Assembly: GCA_000165425.1 (NCBI GenBank)
Contig: CT867991.1
Coordinates: 248,001 to 304,222, forward strand
From: Paramecium tetraurelia
Lineage: Eukaryota
DNA: 56,222 nt
Direction: 5' to 3'
Of the stretch, positions 1-13,500 are shown in pieces. A model generated the notes under the pieces. It saw only the letters and a list, made by a program, of their open reading frames with translations. It searched no databases and had not been told where the DNA came from. Both the position numbers and the translations under genes were made by a program. How positions within the stretch are numbered: position 1 is the stretch's first letter; each line of letters opens with the position of its first letter.

Positions 1-2226
1 CCATCTCCTTAATGAAATTCTATAAGTTCTCCTAAGGTAAACCAAAATCATCAAAAATTCTATTCTTCTTTAGAATTGCCCACACAACTCTATGTTTATC
101 TTTCTAACTTGTTAATTCCATAATATTGAAATCAAATGTGTCTATCAAGTCATCCTGACTTGTTAAACAGAACTCATTTAAGTCTAATTCTTCCATGGTT
201 GCAAATTTGGATCTTTTTAGTTCAACTTCAGATTTTTGAATTTTAGGTTAATCTTGCTAATTTCCTTAATTTGATTTAGTCCGTTTCAATATCAATTATT
301 GCAAAGGCATATATAATGAAGCCACAGAATATTTAACATCCGGATTAGTTTCTTCTAGTTTGTTCACAAAATTGATTGTCTCATGTTAAATTAACTATTT
401 CCTAATTTTAGCCTTTATCTTAGAATCTAATTTATTTCCAGATTCTAACTATTTAAATTACTTCTTGACCCACCCCTTAGTGTTCTCTGTAAAAATCAAA
501 GCAAATCCTTTATACGTTTTCTCCTCTATTTTTAAAAATATTTCATATTGTTTTTCATTATCTTTCATAGTTTTCCAATTATGATCCTAAAGATAGTTCT
601 CAATATTTGACACAACCCTTTAATCAAAGATCTTATTGTATGACAATTGATTATAATGTATCATATGAGAATTGAATTGGATATTAAAATTAGATTTAAT
701 TTATTTGGGTATGGGTCTTGATAAGAATAGAAGGTGTCCACTCTTATCAAATTCAAAAACTAAAGAGTTATTGGATCTTAAAAAGAATTTATAGAAAGCA
801 CTTTTATCAAAACATTCTCTAATAAATCTGAGATATTTTTCATAATAATGTTTTACTTCTGAATAGATTCTCTGGTCTGTCTATTTCTACAAATTCATCG
901 AATAAATTCTGAAACACACAGTCACTTAAGAGTCTTTAAATATTATATAGACACTTTCGGAATCCCAGACTTAAATATCCTACTGATCTGTTTGCAATCT
1001 ATCATTAAATTAAGATTACTTGTCCATTTTGAACATTTGAGAAAGGATATTGTACATCTACTCAATCAATATAAATTTGGAGGCTCTGAGAAATGAGATG
1101 CCAAGATCTAGGATCATGTCTGCAATGGATAATGGACTAAAAAACTAGACTTTGGCATTTTGGATGGTATGAATCAAAAACATGGACATATTCCTCAATT
1201 CATCTATCAATTAATAATCGTTGGCTATTCTAGATAGAGAATACAGAATGAACTTACTTCAATATGGATTCTGAATCTAGTTATTTATTTTATTTGGAAT
1301 GATATATGAAGATCACATTATTGGTCTACAATCCATAGGAGGACAAATAATTCATAGAGTCTAATTTTGAACACAAATGAGAGGCTTGAGGGAATCGAAA
1401 AACCTTGTTCTGTGGTAATGAGGCAATCTCATCAGTGAGGAATTGATCCAATGGGATTTAATCAAAAATGTCAGTCTTGGTTTAATATAATTCCAGCTCA
1501 GAATTTGAATTTAATTTGAAAAAACTAAAATGATCGCAATCCAATAGATTTTTGGTTAATTCTCTCAATAAATTGAATATGGTAGTGTATGAAACATTTT
1601 CATCCATTAATAACAAATGGCTTTTCATGTAATTAGCAAATTGAAACTTTATGCTTTTATAGGAATCCAACAAATCAGATTCGATCAATTAATTCATATC
1701 CATGGTTGGAGATGAAGAACATTTAGTGAGCAAAGCTGATGATGGATTTGATTGAGATTCATTCTAAGTAAAGAGATTACGAATATTTTCAAATATCTGA
1801 TTGATTTTAGGATTTATGGTTTGTCCCTCTTTTTTTTTATTATAGAAATGATTAATCAATTTAAATGCCTTTTCCATATCGGCAACCGAATCATGGAATT
1901 AACTATCATCCAATTTGACACCCTTGATTAGATCCACATCTGTTATGCTTGATCTAGTTCTCTTCATCTATCTTGAAACTCCTTGCTTTTCTTTAGGCAA
2001 TTCATTCAAATAATTCAAAAGACTAAATTTAATTTCCTCTTCGTCCTCGTCATCTTTTTAATGTATATTTTATACTTAGATCGCTTAGAATATTCATCAA
2101 TTTTTTATCCTTTATAGTAAAGTTAACCTTGAGTATTTACTTCTATCTGCTATCAATTTAGAAACTATCCTCTAATTCTCGTATGATATGAAAGAACTTA
2201 ACATAAGATCCCAACTATTAATTCAT
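1..2226 (-). CDS. 3'5'-cyclic nucleotide phosphodiesterase with long N-terminal regulatory region (possible GAF/PAS-like); truncated by the window edge
   Basis: ATG at 2226 (MNQQLGSYVKFFH, code 6), with an intron near 2055-2076. The frame at the window edge reads DLIDTFDFNIMELTSQKDKHRVVWAILKKNRIFDDFGLPQENLQNFIKEM, typical of the start of a class I PDE catalytic domain just before the YHN motif, which lies outside the window. Confidence 0.7.
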
Positions 2227-2263
2227 TTAATTATATTATATCTATACATAATTATTTTATAGA

Positions 2264-3247
2264 TCAATCAAAGTATAAATCATCTAATTGTTGATCTCCC
2301 AACAATTGAATTATTCCATCCTCATTTAATTCTTAAGCATCTTAATTTTCTGCATTTGTTAACATCAAAGGTGGATATAGGTGTCCCATTCTCTCAATAG
2401 TGCTATCAGAATCATCTTCCTTCACCTTTTTTTTATTCACCACAATCAGATCTTCATTATCAGATTCCAATGTCTAATACAATGCCCCAGATGATCTTTT
2501 CTAATTCCTAATTAAATTAGCTTACTTGTAGAGGATCATCTTCCAGAGTTTGCATCTATTGTTATCCTAAAAAGTAATCCTTCAACTTCTGAATCTTTTT
2601 ATTACCATTGAATCTACTTAAATTCATATAGATACCTCTCTTGAACCAATTGATTCCTGAGTTGTTGATTGCATTGTAATATTTTATTATTTTATTCAAT
2701 CAATATTTTACAAACTTTCTCTAACTCCTATTATTTAGTTAATATTTCTTAAATTTATTTCTAATTAATAATAAAACTTATAATAAACATCTTATAAATT
2801 TGTATTTCTATGTGGCTTCAGTTCCATTATTGCGAATTGTTCGTCAATATGTTCACCTGACTTTCTTTTTATTTTTTTTAAAAGATTTCTTCAATTACTT
2901 ACAAAAATACCTTTAGTCCTTCCTAAAATGAGGATGGATGAATTCGTTTTCCTTCAAATCGCTTCTTGACTTATGGAACCCATACATATTCATCTATTTA
3001 ATGCTGACTTTTATTAGTTACTTATCTAACAAACGATGCAAAGTTTCGATGCTTAAAGTACATGGGAAGAACCTGATCTTGGAAGGCTATCACGTTTTTT
3101 ACGAGAAATCCTGAACCATCTTCGTTCCAACCTACAATATCTTACAATTAAGGATTCTTGTAATTAAATGGAGTACCATACTTCCAAAATATCGTATGTT
3201 TTCTACAAAAATGCTGGTATAGATGACTGACTACGAGATTTCGACAT
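2264..3247 (-). CDS. HSF: Heat shock factor (HSF-type DNA-binding protein)
   Basis: [68 protein letters not shown] is an HSF DNA-binding domain. A heptad coiled coil follows (QQELEKVCKILIEQNNKILQCNQQLRNQL). Several ~25 nt introns; TGA at 2264-2266. Confidence 0.93.
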
Positions 3248-3279
3248 TAATTTATAATATATATTTTATTAAGAATCTC

Positions 3280-3643
3280 TCACACATAGACAAATTTAGA
3301 ATGTCTAAGAAAATCATAGAATGTTCTATTCTTCCTTGCAATTCAAAAAATACCAATCAAACATTTACTTAAGAACCTTCTCAAATCTATATTTAATCTA
3401 ATACCTTTTTAACTTAAATCTCACCTTATTCAGTTATGAAATTCAAAAAGTCCTTAATCATTATCTCCATATATTAAAATTAGATGATCTCGTTCAAACT
3501 AATTAAAGCAAAAATACATTGCTCAAGATTAGTTCTTTATTATTTCTGAATCAAAACCTAAGGATTTATTTTTCGTATTCGAATTCAATTTATTTATATT
3601 TTAAACATATTATTTCTTAGAAATATAGTAAAATTAATTTCAT
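3280..3643 (-). CDS. Possible small hypothetical protein or gene remnant
   Basis: ATG at 3643 and a plausible 23 nt intron (gttttgattcagaaataataaag) give a frame reading LEQCIFALISLNEIIQFQYMEIMIKDFLNFI. The 3' exon structure could not be resolved. Confidence 0.3.
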
Positions 3644-3646
3644 ATA

Positions 3647-4597
3647 TCACTATTGTTATTTAATTCTATCAGCTCTTGATCTCCTCCTAGGATGACCTCC
3701 CTCATTCTCTTAATTATCAAATCTTTTCAATCTATCTTCAAGTCCTGACATATTTTATGATTTATGAGGCGATATTCTGAATTACTCCTATTTACTGTCT
3801 CCTTTTCTATCAAATTTCGACTTCTATGATCTGTCTGTCACGTTTTACAAACTTAAATCTCTGTTCGTTTATTATAATAGCTTTTCCACTTTAAAGGTTT
3901 TTGGATAGTGCAATGTTTGATCATTTTAATAATCAAATTGAAGCTTTTCCAAATACCTTTAAGTGGTCAGATTATTTATTATAGTGTCATCAGAATTATC
4001 CGTGATCATCTCTTAAGTATTTTACATAGAATTTTACATTCTAACTCTCTGGGATTGTAATGATTGAAATGTACAAGTGTTCTATCTACATATAATATGA
4101 TGCATTAATTACAGCGAGTCATTATCAGTTAAATATTGATAAACTTTAGTAGGAAAGAAAAGTGTGTGTATTTCCTCGCTCTCTTTTTAAATTCTCTCAT
4201 TTATAATAATCTTCATCTCGTCTTCATCGATTATTTTATTCTTTTCATAAATAACCCCATATTTCTCTATACAGCTTTTCAGATCCATTTTGATTGTGTC
4301 ATCTATACCAAATTTATCGATTAATTTATTGTATTGAATAATCATACTGTTTAGACAACTCTAAAAAGTGCCATATTTATACAGACACTTCAAATATCTT
4401 TGTTTAATTTATTTAATTTACTTACGATGAATTTATTGATATTTTGCATCAATTATTTTTACATTTTGCATCAATTAGCATTATTAATTCAGAACTTATT
4501 CCTTCAAGTATTTATTTTCTCGTTCTAATTCCTCGAGTTTACTGATAAATCTATTGAGTTAAACTTGCAAATCCTTCAGGTTTTAACTATCTTACAT
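3647..4597 (-). CDS. Hypothetical coiled-coil protein (~316 aa, intronless)
   Basis: Continuous code-6 ORF MQDSQNLKDLQVQLNRFISKLEELERENKYLKEQ...RRSRADRIKQQQ*; no recognised domain. Confidence 0.75.
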
Positions 4598-4635
4598 ATT
4601 AATTTTAAATTATAACAATCATTTTTTATTTTATA

Positions 4636-6106
4636 TCATTGTTTTTTGTAGTAAAAAGTTTAAAATTTTTCGAAAGAGTGCCATTCCTCATCTTTAACCG
4701 ATTGTGACATTGTCTACAGATTATATTCTTCAACTATGCATCTGGGTCCACTCTCAATGTTCAAAGACTATTAGGTGATAAATAACTTATCAATGTGGAA
4801 ACAGTCTAGTTTGTACTTGATTGGCATCTTCTTAATGAACCCCGAAACCCAAGGATGTTATAAGATTTCTAAGTTTCAATATGAAATCATACTTTTTCCA
4901 CATAATCTCTCTTCAACATTTTTATTGCATAAATTAGAAATTAGATCAACTAAATTTTTTGAAAAGAAACTAGGAAAATTGATTTTTTTTGTCAAAATAT
5001 TTTTCACCATCTCTTGTCTAGTTTTGGCAAAAAAAGGAGGAATCCCAGCAACCATCTCATACAGTAAGATGCCTAATTGATAATAATCTAATGAGTAGTT
5101 ATGTCCCTTCAATTCTAGCATCTCAGGGGCCATATACTCTAAAGATCCACAGAATGAAAAATTTAGATCTTCTTGATCCTCAACAATTTTACTCAATCCA
5201 AAATCCACTAATTTTGGATAACCATCCAAATCTATTAAAATATTCTCTGGTTTTAAGTCTCTATAGATAATATTCTTAGAATGCAGATATTGAATGCCAT
5301 CTACTATTTATAAAAATAGCCATTTAGCTTACTCCTCGTTAAATCTTTTCTAATTTCTCAAATGATAAAATAATTCACCACCAGGACAATAATCGAATAC
5401 AAAATATAATTTGGTTTTCTATATGAATAATTTAATATCATACAGACTAAAATGAGGCATGCAAATTAATAATTCTTCTGTGATTCAATTAAATAAGAAT
5501 CTCTTTCTCATTAATAATTAATTCCTCCTTTTTGTTTTCCATCATCAATTGTTTATCTGTAACCTTCATGGCATAAAATTATCCATTTTCCTTATTTCTA
5601 ACCAAATACACAACAGAAAAACTACCAGCTCCTATTTTTTTTATTATTTCAAACCACTCTATATTAATTGGTTCTTTCAATCCTTTTCTTATTAATGGAA
5701 CAAGCAATGTCCCATTTAAGTTTGGTAAAATTAAATGTAAGCAACTTAATTGGTAATCTAAGTGAATGTTATGGGTTGTAAATCCAACAATATCAAAGGG
5801 ATCATAGTTTAATTCCAATTGACTAAATTTACGTATTACTTCAGATAGTAACCATCCACATGTTATATAAGGATGCCTAATCTAAATACCAACCCATCTA
5901 TTTATTTTCGTCTATACTCTGATTACACCAATAACATCTTTAACATTCAATGATCTGGACAGTTCTAATTGATGTTGTGCATTTTAGATATTTTCATTTA
6001 CTTCATCATTGTCATCTTGAGTTTTATGAATTGATCTGAATTTTGGCTTTATACTTGATATCGGGCTTTTCAGATTTTCCTCATTAGGGATATCAGTCTC
6101 AAACAT
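4636..6106 (-). CDS. AGC-family Ser/Thr protein kinase (RAC/S6K-like)
   Basis: GAGSFSVV glycine loop, [31 protein letters not shown], and a C-terminal F..FYY hydrophobic-motif-like end. ATG at 6106, TGA at 4636. Confidence 0.93.
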
Positions 6107-6318
6107 ATAATAAATAAAGATAAAAAGTAAACTAATTATGAAAAGCATTCTTGAATTATTTTATATTACATTAAACAATAATCAATTAATCAATGTAAAC
6201 TAAGTTTTGGTAAAATAAAATTCTATATGCAAACTCCTTTTTATTATTTCTTATATGAAATTGAGTGATTACTTAGGATTTTATTCATATTAATTACTCA
6301 TAAATTATAATAAAATCT

Positions 6319-7005
6319 ATGTCCATTAATAATAGAGGTTTATCGAAAGAATTCTAAGAGCGCATTATTAATGACTTAGGCATAGTGGAATGCAGTGATT
6401 TTCATGATGGCACTTGTTTGTATGCCTCCTTTATAAGGCTGCTATAATTGATACCCAAATCATACAAATACTACATTCCCATCCATTTAATTCCCTTCCT
6501 CATCTTCAAAAGAAAGAGAGTGATGCAGAGGTAGCTATCCTTAAATTTATATAAGACCCTTGAAAACTATTTCAGTGGCATTTTATAATTATGCCAAATC
6601 AGTTTTATTCGTCTCTCTGTATGTAGCTATTTGCAAGTATGCTTTATGCAAGCTTAAAAACATTCGACATAAAGTAGATGGTAAATTATCAACATGATCT
6701 TTAGGTTGGAATCCTGCCCTTGCAGCATCAGCTGCTTGTTCAGCACTTTTCTTAGAATCTGAAGGCAGAAGATAGGAAATTGCCTTATTCATATTCCCAA
6801 AATCATTAGAAACTGCATGGAGATTGCTAAAAAAGAGAGGCTACGTAACAAATATCAAAGGATGGGAATTGTTCCTATTCGGTCTTGCTATGGGAATTAT
6901 TAATTATTTCTATCATTATGACGTAACATTGATAATACATATTAGGAAGCAGCAATTAAATCTACATACTTAACTATATTCAAAAATTTTTGGGGAAAAG
7001 ATTGA
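6319..7005 (+). CDS. TMEM135-like membrane protein
   Basis: VECSDFHDGTCLY..YYIPIHLIPFLIF..YVAICKYALC..FLESEGRRQEIALFIFPKSLETAW resembles the TMEM135 C-terminal domain (E..SRR.ELALY..P..LE). Two tiny introns. Confidence 0.7.
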
Positions 7006-7618
7006 TTAAGTTACTAGTGTGTATTTGCAAAACAATTAATATATTAAATCTTAATAAATACATTTTCAATATTCTCAAAATTTATAATATCTTTATAATT
7101 CAACTAAAACTCTCTTAATATAACCCTAACTGGCAACCTTACTAAACCATATGATTAAAAAAAATTTAATTGGGACACAAGAAATAACCAAGAATCCACA
7201 GTAAATCTCTCATCTTTCATACATTAATAGTAAATATTTAATATAGATCATAAATGGCATAACATAATACTATTTTTTGATTATACAAATATTGATAGAA
7301 TTTTTAACTTAAATTTGGTATTCAGTTAATTATAATAAACAATCGAAATCAAAGTATGGATTCCATTTTAAATCATTTTATAATTTAACATTCATATTTC
7401 AATTTGTAATTGAGTAAACATCCACCTTTTCATTTGTACAAATCAATGCGATATTTTTTTATTCTTTTCTTTGCTACTTAACATTATCATCTATTTTACC
7501 ATTATCAATCATATGTCTAAAAAGAAATCATTAATGTTAATCCTTTGATGTAAAAGGACTAACATTAATGATTAAAAGAAATACAATAAATAATTAAAAT
7601 TAATTTAATTAAAAATAT

Positions 7619-7624
7619 AAAAAA
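7619..7624 (-). terminator. RNA polymerase III terminator (T6) of the 5S gene
   Basis: A run of six T on the minus strand immediately after the 5S 3' end. Confidence 0.85.
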
Positions 7625-7744
7625 GGGTTGTCAACACGAGGACTTCCCAAGCGGTCCCCCACCTTAGTACTAACCTCGCCTTAAGCCGCTTAACTTCGGA
7701 GTTCGAATGGGATCCGGTGCTTTAGGCTTAGTATGGCCGACAAC
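7625..7744 (-). rRNA. 5S ribosomal RNA gene (single dispersed copy)
   Basis: The reverse complement GTTGTCGGCCATACTAAGCCTAAAGCACCGGATCCCATTCGAACTCCGAAGTTAAGC...GGTTAGTACT...GGGAAGTCCTCGTGTTGACAACCC is 120 nt. It has the terminal helix I pairing and the conserved eukaryotic 5S motifs (internal box A/C region). Confidence 0.97.
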
Positions 7745-7807
7745 GATATTTACTATATGGTTTGCGATTTAAATGGTTGTCTTTATTATTATAATATAAT
7801 TATTGGT

Positions 7808-8544
7808 TCATTCAGAATCATATTCAACTATTTTTACTTTCTTTTAAACAGCAGGTTCTGGTGTTATATCATCATCATCATCATTCACAAGGGGTTTAAA
7901 ATTCTTAAGATTAGGATTTTTGATTAATAAGCTGTTTTCATCTTTGTCAACATTTTTGATCTCTTCTTTGTTATTTTGATTAGTCAGATCTTCTAAGAAT
8001 CGAGGGGGTTTAATCTTTAATTTGACAATCTTGATAGAGCCCACGGAGTAGATTTTATCGGATGCTTAGGATTCTTTTTAAACAACAATTTGAGGTGTGC
8101 TATCAATAGTTAATTCCGATCTTCTTTATTTAAATTGCTTAATGTGTTCTCTTTCGATTTTTATTTTTCTATTATCGATTTCCCTCAATTAACCGTAATA
8201 TTGAAAAAAGTCGAAATCTTCTTCATTGAATATTTCCTACTTAAACCCACTCTCTTCAACATATTCAAGATTGTCTATCAATTATAACAACTCAAAATAC
8301 CTTCATCAGTTAATGGTTTTGTCTTTTCATAAATGTTAGGCTTGGTTTATTTTTTCCTTTGCATTTTGGTTACTTCAGGCCTGAGCAATTGATCAAGTTT
8401 TTCTTATTCCACCATCTATTCAGTGAGAGTCATAAAGGATAACTTTTTCTCTTAAACTTGGATTGGCTAATCGCGCTTCACCTCCTAGAATTCTAATCCA
8501 TCTTTGGAAGTTAAAATCGAATGAGAAACAAATTTATTAGTCAT
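7808..8544 (-). CDS. Hypothetical protein, FAM192A/NIP30/Fyv6-like
   Basis: MTNKFVSHSIL N-terminus, TLTEQM, FNEEDFDFF, charged helices and an acidic IVEYDSE* end resemble the FAM192A/Fyv6 pattern. One intron near 8277-8301. The gene is clear; the family call is tentative. Confidence 0.6.
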
Positions 8545-8839
8545 AATAAAATATATCAAAATTATTATATTAAAAAGCAGGTTGAACTTATGCATTTATT
8601 GTTAATTATTGTTCTACTCATTATATTTTGGGAATATTCAATAGGGTGACTTCTATGATGTAACTTATTGGTTCAAAAATTAAAACTTATGAAAATTCTA
8701 CCTATATCTTTGATCCAATTGTGTAGAGAGAGGGGGATAAAAGCCGATAGTGAATGAATAGTAAGGAGTTAGTTTTGTTTAAAATAATGTTATTTCAAAT
8801 ATTCACAGATTTTAATTATAAGCATTATATATTTATATT

Positions 8840-10509
8840 ATGAGTATCGACTATTCTTATTTGGCTCCTCCTTTGGGAGCTCATTCAGTTCAGCATACAG
8901 GTATATAGAAACTACTATTCAATTGCTAGATTATTATATTAAACATCATGAGAGAGAGAAAGGAGCTCGTAAAATTTATGATTGTGTTTCTTATGATACT
9001 TTTGAACAAGAGAAGATCAGAGAACTCAAACAAGAAATTTAGAAATAAAATATCTAGCTTCCATCAGAGTAAGTATTTTGTCTTATGAATCAGCTGGAAG
9101 GAGAGTGATTATTTAAAAATTGGCTACTCAGGTCGCTTTAAAATGAAGGAAGTCATCAAAGTATCTAATGTCATCATAACTCCATTAGAAACTGCAGTTG
9201 CATTTATCTTGGAGAGCCAATCCAATATATCATTAAATTAATCCAGCAACTGAAAAATTTCTCAAGGAGGGCATCTGTTATATATTTGGCAGAGACAAGC
9301 AGTATCGTCCCATAGTTATTTTGAATGCTCATATGATTGATTTAAAGAAAGTATGACTCTCACAATATTTTATATAGTATGATAAAGAAACGATAATTTA
9401 GGCATTATCATTCCAAATGGGAATTATTAAAAAACACATGTTCATTCCTGGCAAAGTTGAAAATTGGATATTCCTATTGGAAAGTAATGGCTTAGGAGTT
9501 TTTGGTTTGCCAACAAAAGCATTATAAGTTGTAATTGATACAATGAGCACAAATTTTGGTGGTTGCTTGGAAAAGATGTTCATATTGAATCCGTCATCAG
9601 GTTTGAATTTTTTGTGGAAAACTATATCTGGATTTTTGGATCCTGAAACTGCCGAAAAGATTAATTTTTTATAGAAGAAGGACTTTATGAAGTTGCAGTA
9701 AATTATTGATCCTAATCAGTTGGAATAAAAATATGGTGGAACCTAACCAAACTAAAATACATTTTGGTATCTTTATCTAATTAAAAAATAGGCCTCCATA
9801 TAATTTAGATTTAACTGATGGGAGAACTGTTCCTAAACAAAAATAATAAATTGATTAGTTTATACCACTGAAAAATGAAGAAGAAAAACAAGTTTTAAAA
9901 AATGCTGACCCTTATGATAATGTTGAAAATAATGTTAATGACTTTTTTGAAACTTAAAAACAATTGTATAACTTCGAACAACAAAAGAAATCAGCTGAAT
10001 TTGGGTAGGGACCTTAAATTGAGTAAAAGGATCAGGAATAACCCTAAAAGTAGGAATTAAATGATCAAGATCAATAACAAGTCAATGATTAAATTCATCA
10101 ACAATCTCCTGCGAAGGAAAACTAATAACAATAAGAGATTGACTAAAATAACAACGAATAAAATGTATAATAGACTGAACATGAGAAGAAAAGAGAAGGA
10201 GATAACGAGGAATAACACCATCAACAACAAGAACAAGAAGGGAATATTTCTAAATAGGAACCTGAGTAAGAAGTATAGAAATCAGCGGAATTGCATCAAT
10301 AATAATAATAAAATCATCAGGAGTAAACTCAAAAAGTTGAAGTTGATGTGAATAATAAAAACTAACAGGAGGAAGAAAATTAAGTTGTAAGCAATGCATC
10401 AGCTACTAAAATCATCTAACCAGAGGAAGTGCAAGCATAGAATGTTGAGATGACTTAAATCGATCCAGTTGCCAATCAAGCTTGTTGTAAGGGTTGTGAG
10501 ATATTTTGA
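8840..10509 (+). CDS. Sec14/CRAL-TRIO lipid-binding protein with Q/E-rich tail and C-terminal CaaX
   Basis: GICYIFGRDKQYRPIVILN..PGKVENWIFLLESNGLG..STNFGGCLEKMFILNPSSGLNFLWKTISGFLDPETAEKINF..QLEQKYGG is a CRAL-TRIO domain. Ends ACCKGCEIF*; multiple ~25 nt introns. Confidence 0.9.
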
Positions 10510-10549
10510 AATAATTCATTATCAAATTTTAATTATTATTATTTAACAT

Positions 10550-13500
10550 ATGAAACAACATTTTTCTTACATTGAAGAATTGTTTGATGCTCAATAATAT
10601 GTTCTGATGACCAAGAACATCCAAGATTTCCATAAAGTCACTTCATACTTCAAAAAGTATTCTTCATTCAAATCACTTAGATTTTTTGATGATATTTTGA
10701 ATAAACAATTGGATTTATGTGGAACCAATATTAAGAATGCTTAAAAAATTACTAAATACATGCAATAACCTTAATTGCCCTTGTCTAAGAGTTTGCTCAA
10801 ATTGAGTCAAGTATTTATATAGAATCAAACTAATTCAAGATTGTATAGGATTTATTTACATTTGTAAAATAAGGCAATTTAGAGCAACAGGATGGTCTGA
10901 ATCAATACGAATCACTAGTACGCGAATAAATTGATAAAATCATAGAGCATCATAATGGTTATGTCTAAACTGCAATCAAGGTATTTTTTGAAGTTTTATT
11001 TTCATTAGTACTATAAAAATGATGAACAACAATACAAGAAGAGTTTGGATGGCTTGAAAAACAGAAAACAGTAATACACTGAACAATTGGAACTATATAA
11101 ACAAACTGTCAATGATCCTTCCATGTTATACAATCAGAATCTCAAATAATAGAGATACAATGAGTTGTAATAAAAAATAAGAAAAATCAAAGAAAATGAA
11201 AATCAAATTCTTACCTCTTTGGAAGTCCTCAATTATCGTAGAAAATGCTTATGCATTGAACTGCAATAACTTTAGAAAATAATTGAAGAAGCCTATTCAA
11301 CAATTATTGCATTAACTCATAAATTGTGCTATTCAAATATAATCAGTTTTAAAAAGAAATTGGAATCATTCTATTAAATGAGTAAAAAACATCAGAAATA
11401 GATCAAATATCAATTTACTATCTTACCAGACTAATCCAAATTTAATTTCGATAAAATAGATTATGTAAGTCAATAGGATTTTTAATAATTGTATTATGTA
11501 CAAAAGAACTTTAATTTTAATTAAGATGAATCTTTTGAAACCCTAACTCAAAATAATGAGGACGTCTCATTTCGTTCAATAAAAAATATTCCATCAGTCA
11601 ATCAAAGTTATTAAACAATAAATGATCAAAATGATCAATGGATACCTAACTTCCTAAAGTAAGATATTTAATTGGTGCCTACTTCATAATTGATACAATA
11701 TTATGAGTGGATATTAACATACACCAAAGTAGTGAAGGAAAATTGTAGTATAAACAATAATCTTATTTTTAAATTGTTGTAATTCATAGATGAATTGATG
11801 ATTTAATTTAGAAAATAAGGAAAAGCATGCATAAAGCAACCAGATTTTAAGTAAAACTATTTTTCTCAATTGAAATGGTTTGAATAATTTAACCAAGTCT
11901 TTGGGGAATAGGGTTATAATGATTTATATGCTTACACCAGTATAAATGATTTGTTTAATTTATTTACTAATAAATTTTCAAATCTTTTATAAGAAGAATA
12001 ACAATCCATTTTATAGGTTCAAGAGAAAATTACAAACGAGTAAAACATTGTTTTCTCAAGTATAGATAAATAAATGTTTGATTTGCAAATTGTGCATCAA
12101 AACTATCTTAGATAATAAGGATATAACAGAACCATTACATTAAGTTAAATGGATTCCAATAAAAAGGACTTTTACAATTAACCTAAAGTACGTAATTGAT
12201 CAATATTAGAATGAATAAGATTTTAGATAAATGATAAAATAGAGCAATGATGCTATAAAGCATTTAGTATTGGAACTAGATAACAAATTAAGTAAGAGAT
12301 ACAAGACAATCAGCGAAATTACAGAATAAATTAACTTAGCTTTCAATATAAATTTAATAGATTTATTGAAATTGTATACAACTAATCTTATAATGTAGTA
12401 CCTATCAATAAGAAGATGCATTAGAATTGAAAAAGAAGTCATTGGAATAGGTTGTCTAATATTTGAAAACCTAAAACTCATTCTCAATATTCTACAAATA
12501 GATCTTTGTGAAAAATAAGGCTAAAACTTTAATAGAAGATTTATAGACTGAAACATATGATTATAAATACTAATCTGATTAGGATTTTTATTAACTTTCA
12601 ACATTACCTAAACCTAACATTGTAAAATATTAAATGATGTCTAGATTCTGGATTAAAGTTAGAATGATCAAGAAGATGATTAATAAAGTATAAGTGAATA
12701 ATCAACAAAAGAGCAAGATAAAGATAAAATAGAACAATTATAATTTATAAAATCAAAGTTGAAAATAGAAATCAATGAAATATTAATTGCATCATTTGCC
12801 TGTGCATTATCAGAAAAAATCTAATTACAAGGAAGATTGTATATCACAAATAAAAGACTGTTTTTTCATTCAAGTTTCAACTCAAATAATTTATTTTTTG
12901 GTGATACAATATTGAACATTCCTAAATAGGATATAATGTGTATATAAAAGAGAGCAAATGCATATATATTTGACAATTCGATATCAATATTTACACCAAA
13001 AGGCTAGTTGTTCTTTGCTACATTCTTTTAGAGAGATATAGCTTATGATTTAATCATTAAGACATTTTCTCCAAAAGAATAGCCTGAGTTAATGGCATCA
13101 TTAACAAATCAAGCTCCTATAAATTCAATAAAGATTATCAATGTTCCATACACTTAGGATTAATTAAAGTATATGATTTGTCTAATATATTAGATTATTA
13201 GAGGAGAGATAATAAAGAATATTAAATCTAATGGGTCCAGATCCAGAGATATTTATAGCTGAGAGTATCTTTGAATTTCCAGAGATAAATGTTAAATTGT
13301 TCTATAGATTGATATTTGGTGATAAGATGCTTGGATAAAACATGTCATTTTATGAGAAAATGAAGAAAGGTCCTTTGGGATGCGATGGTTTAAATTTGAC
13401 TCAATGGATTCCTGCTCCACCAATGGATTTTGATTCTGATTACGGTACTCAAAATTTGTTGGATGGTCCTGATTTCCTAGAGAGGGAATTTAGTTGTATT

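Noticed and set aside
4441..4477. 15 bp direct repeat attttgcatcaatta, 22 bp period
   Set aside because: Lies inside an uninterrupted ORF; only two copies; no evidence for a mobile element, IES or CRISPR.
4136..5080. Plus-strand track ORFs 4136-4324 and 4775-5080
   Set aside because: Antisense shadows of the minus-strand hypothetical and kinase genes.
6589..7927. Track ORFs 6589-6792 (-) and 7733-7927 (+)
   Set aside because: Antisense to the TMEM135-like gene, and to the 5S/FAM192A-like genes, respectively.
8640..8780. Possible telomerase RNA or U5 snRNA
   Set aside because: No CAACCCC template after GUCA, and no exact U5 loop I (GCCUUUUAC).
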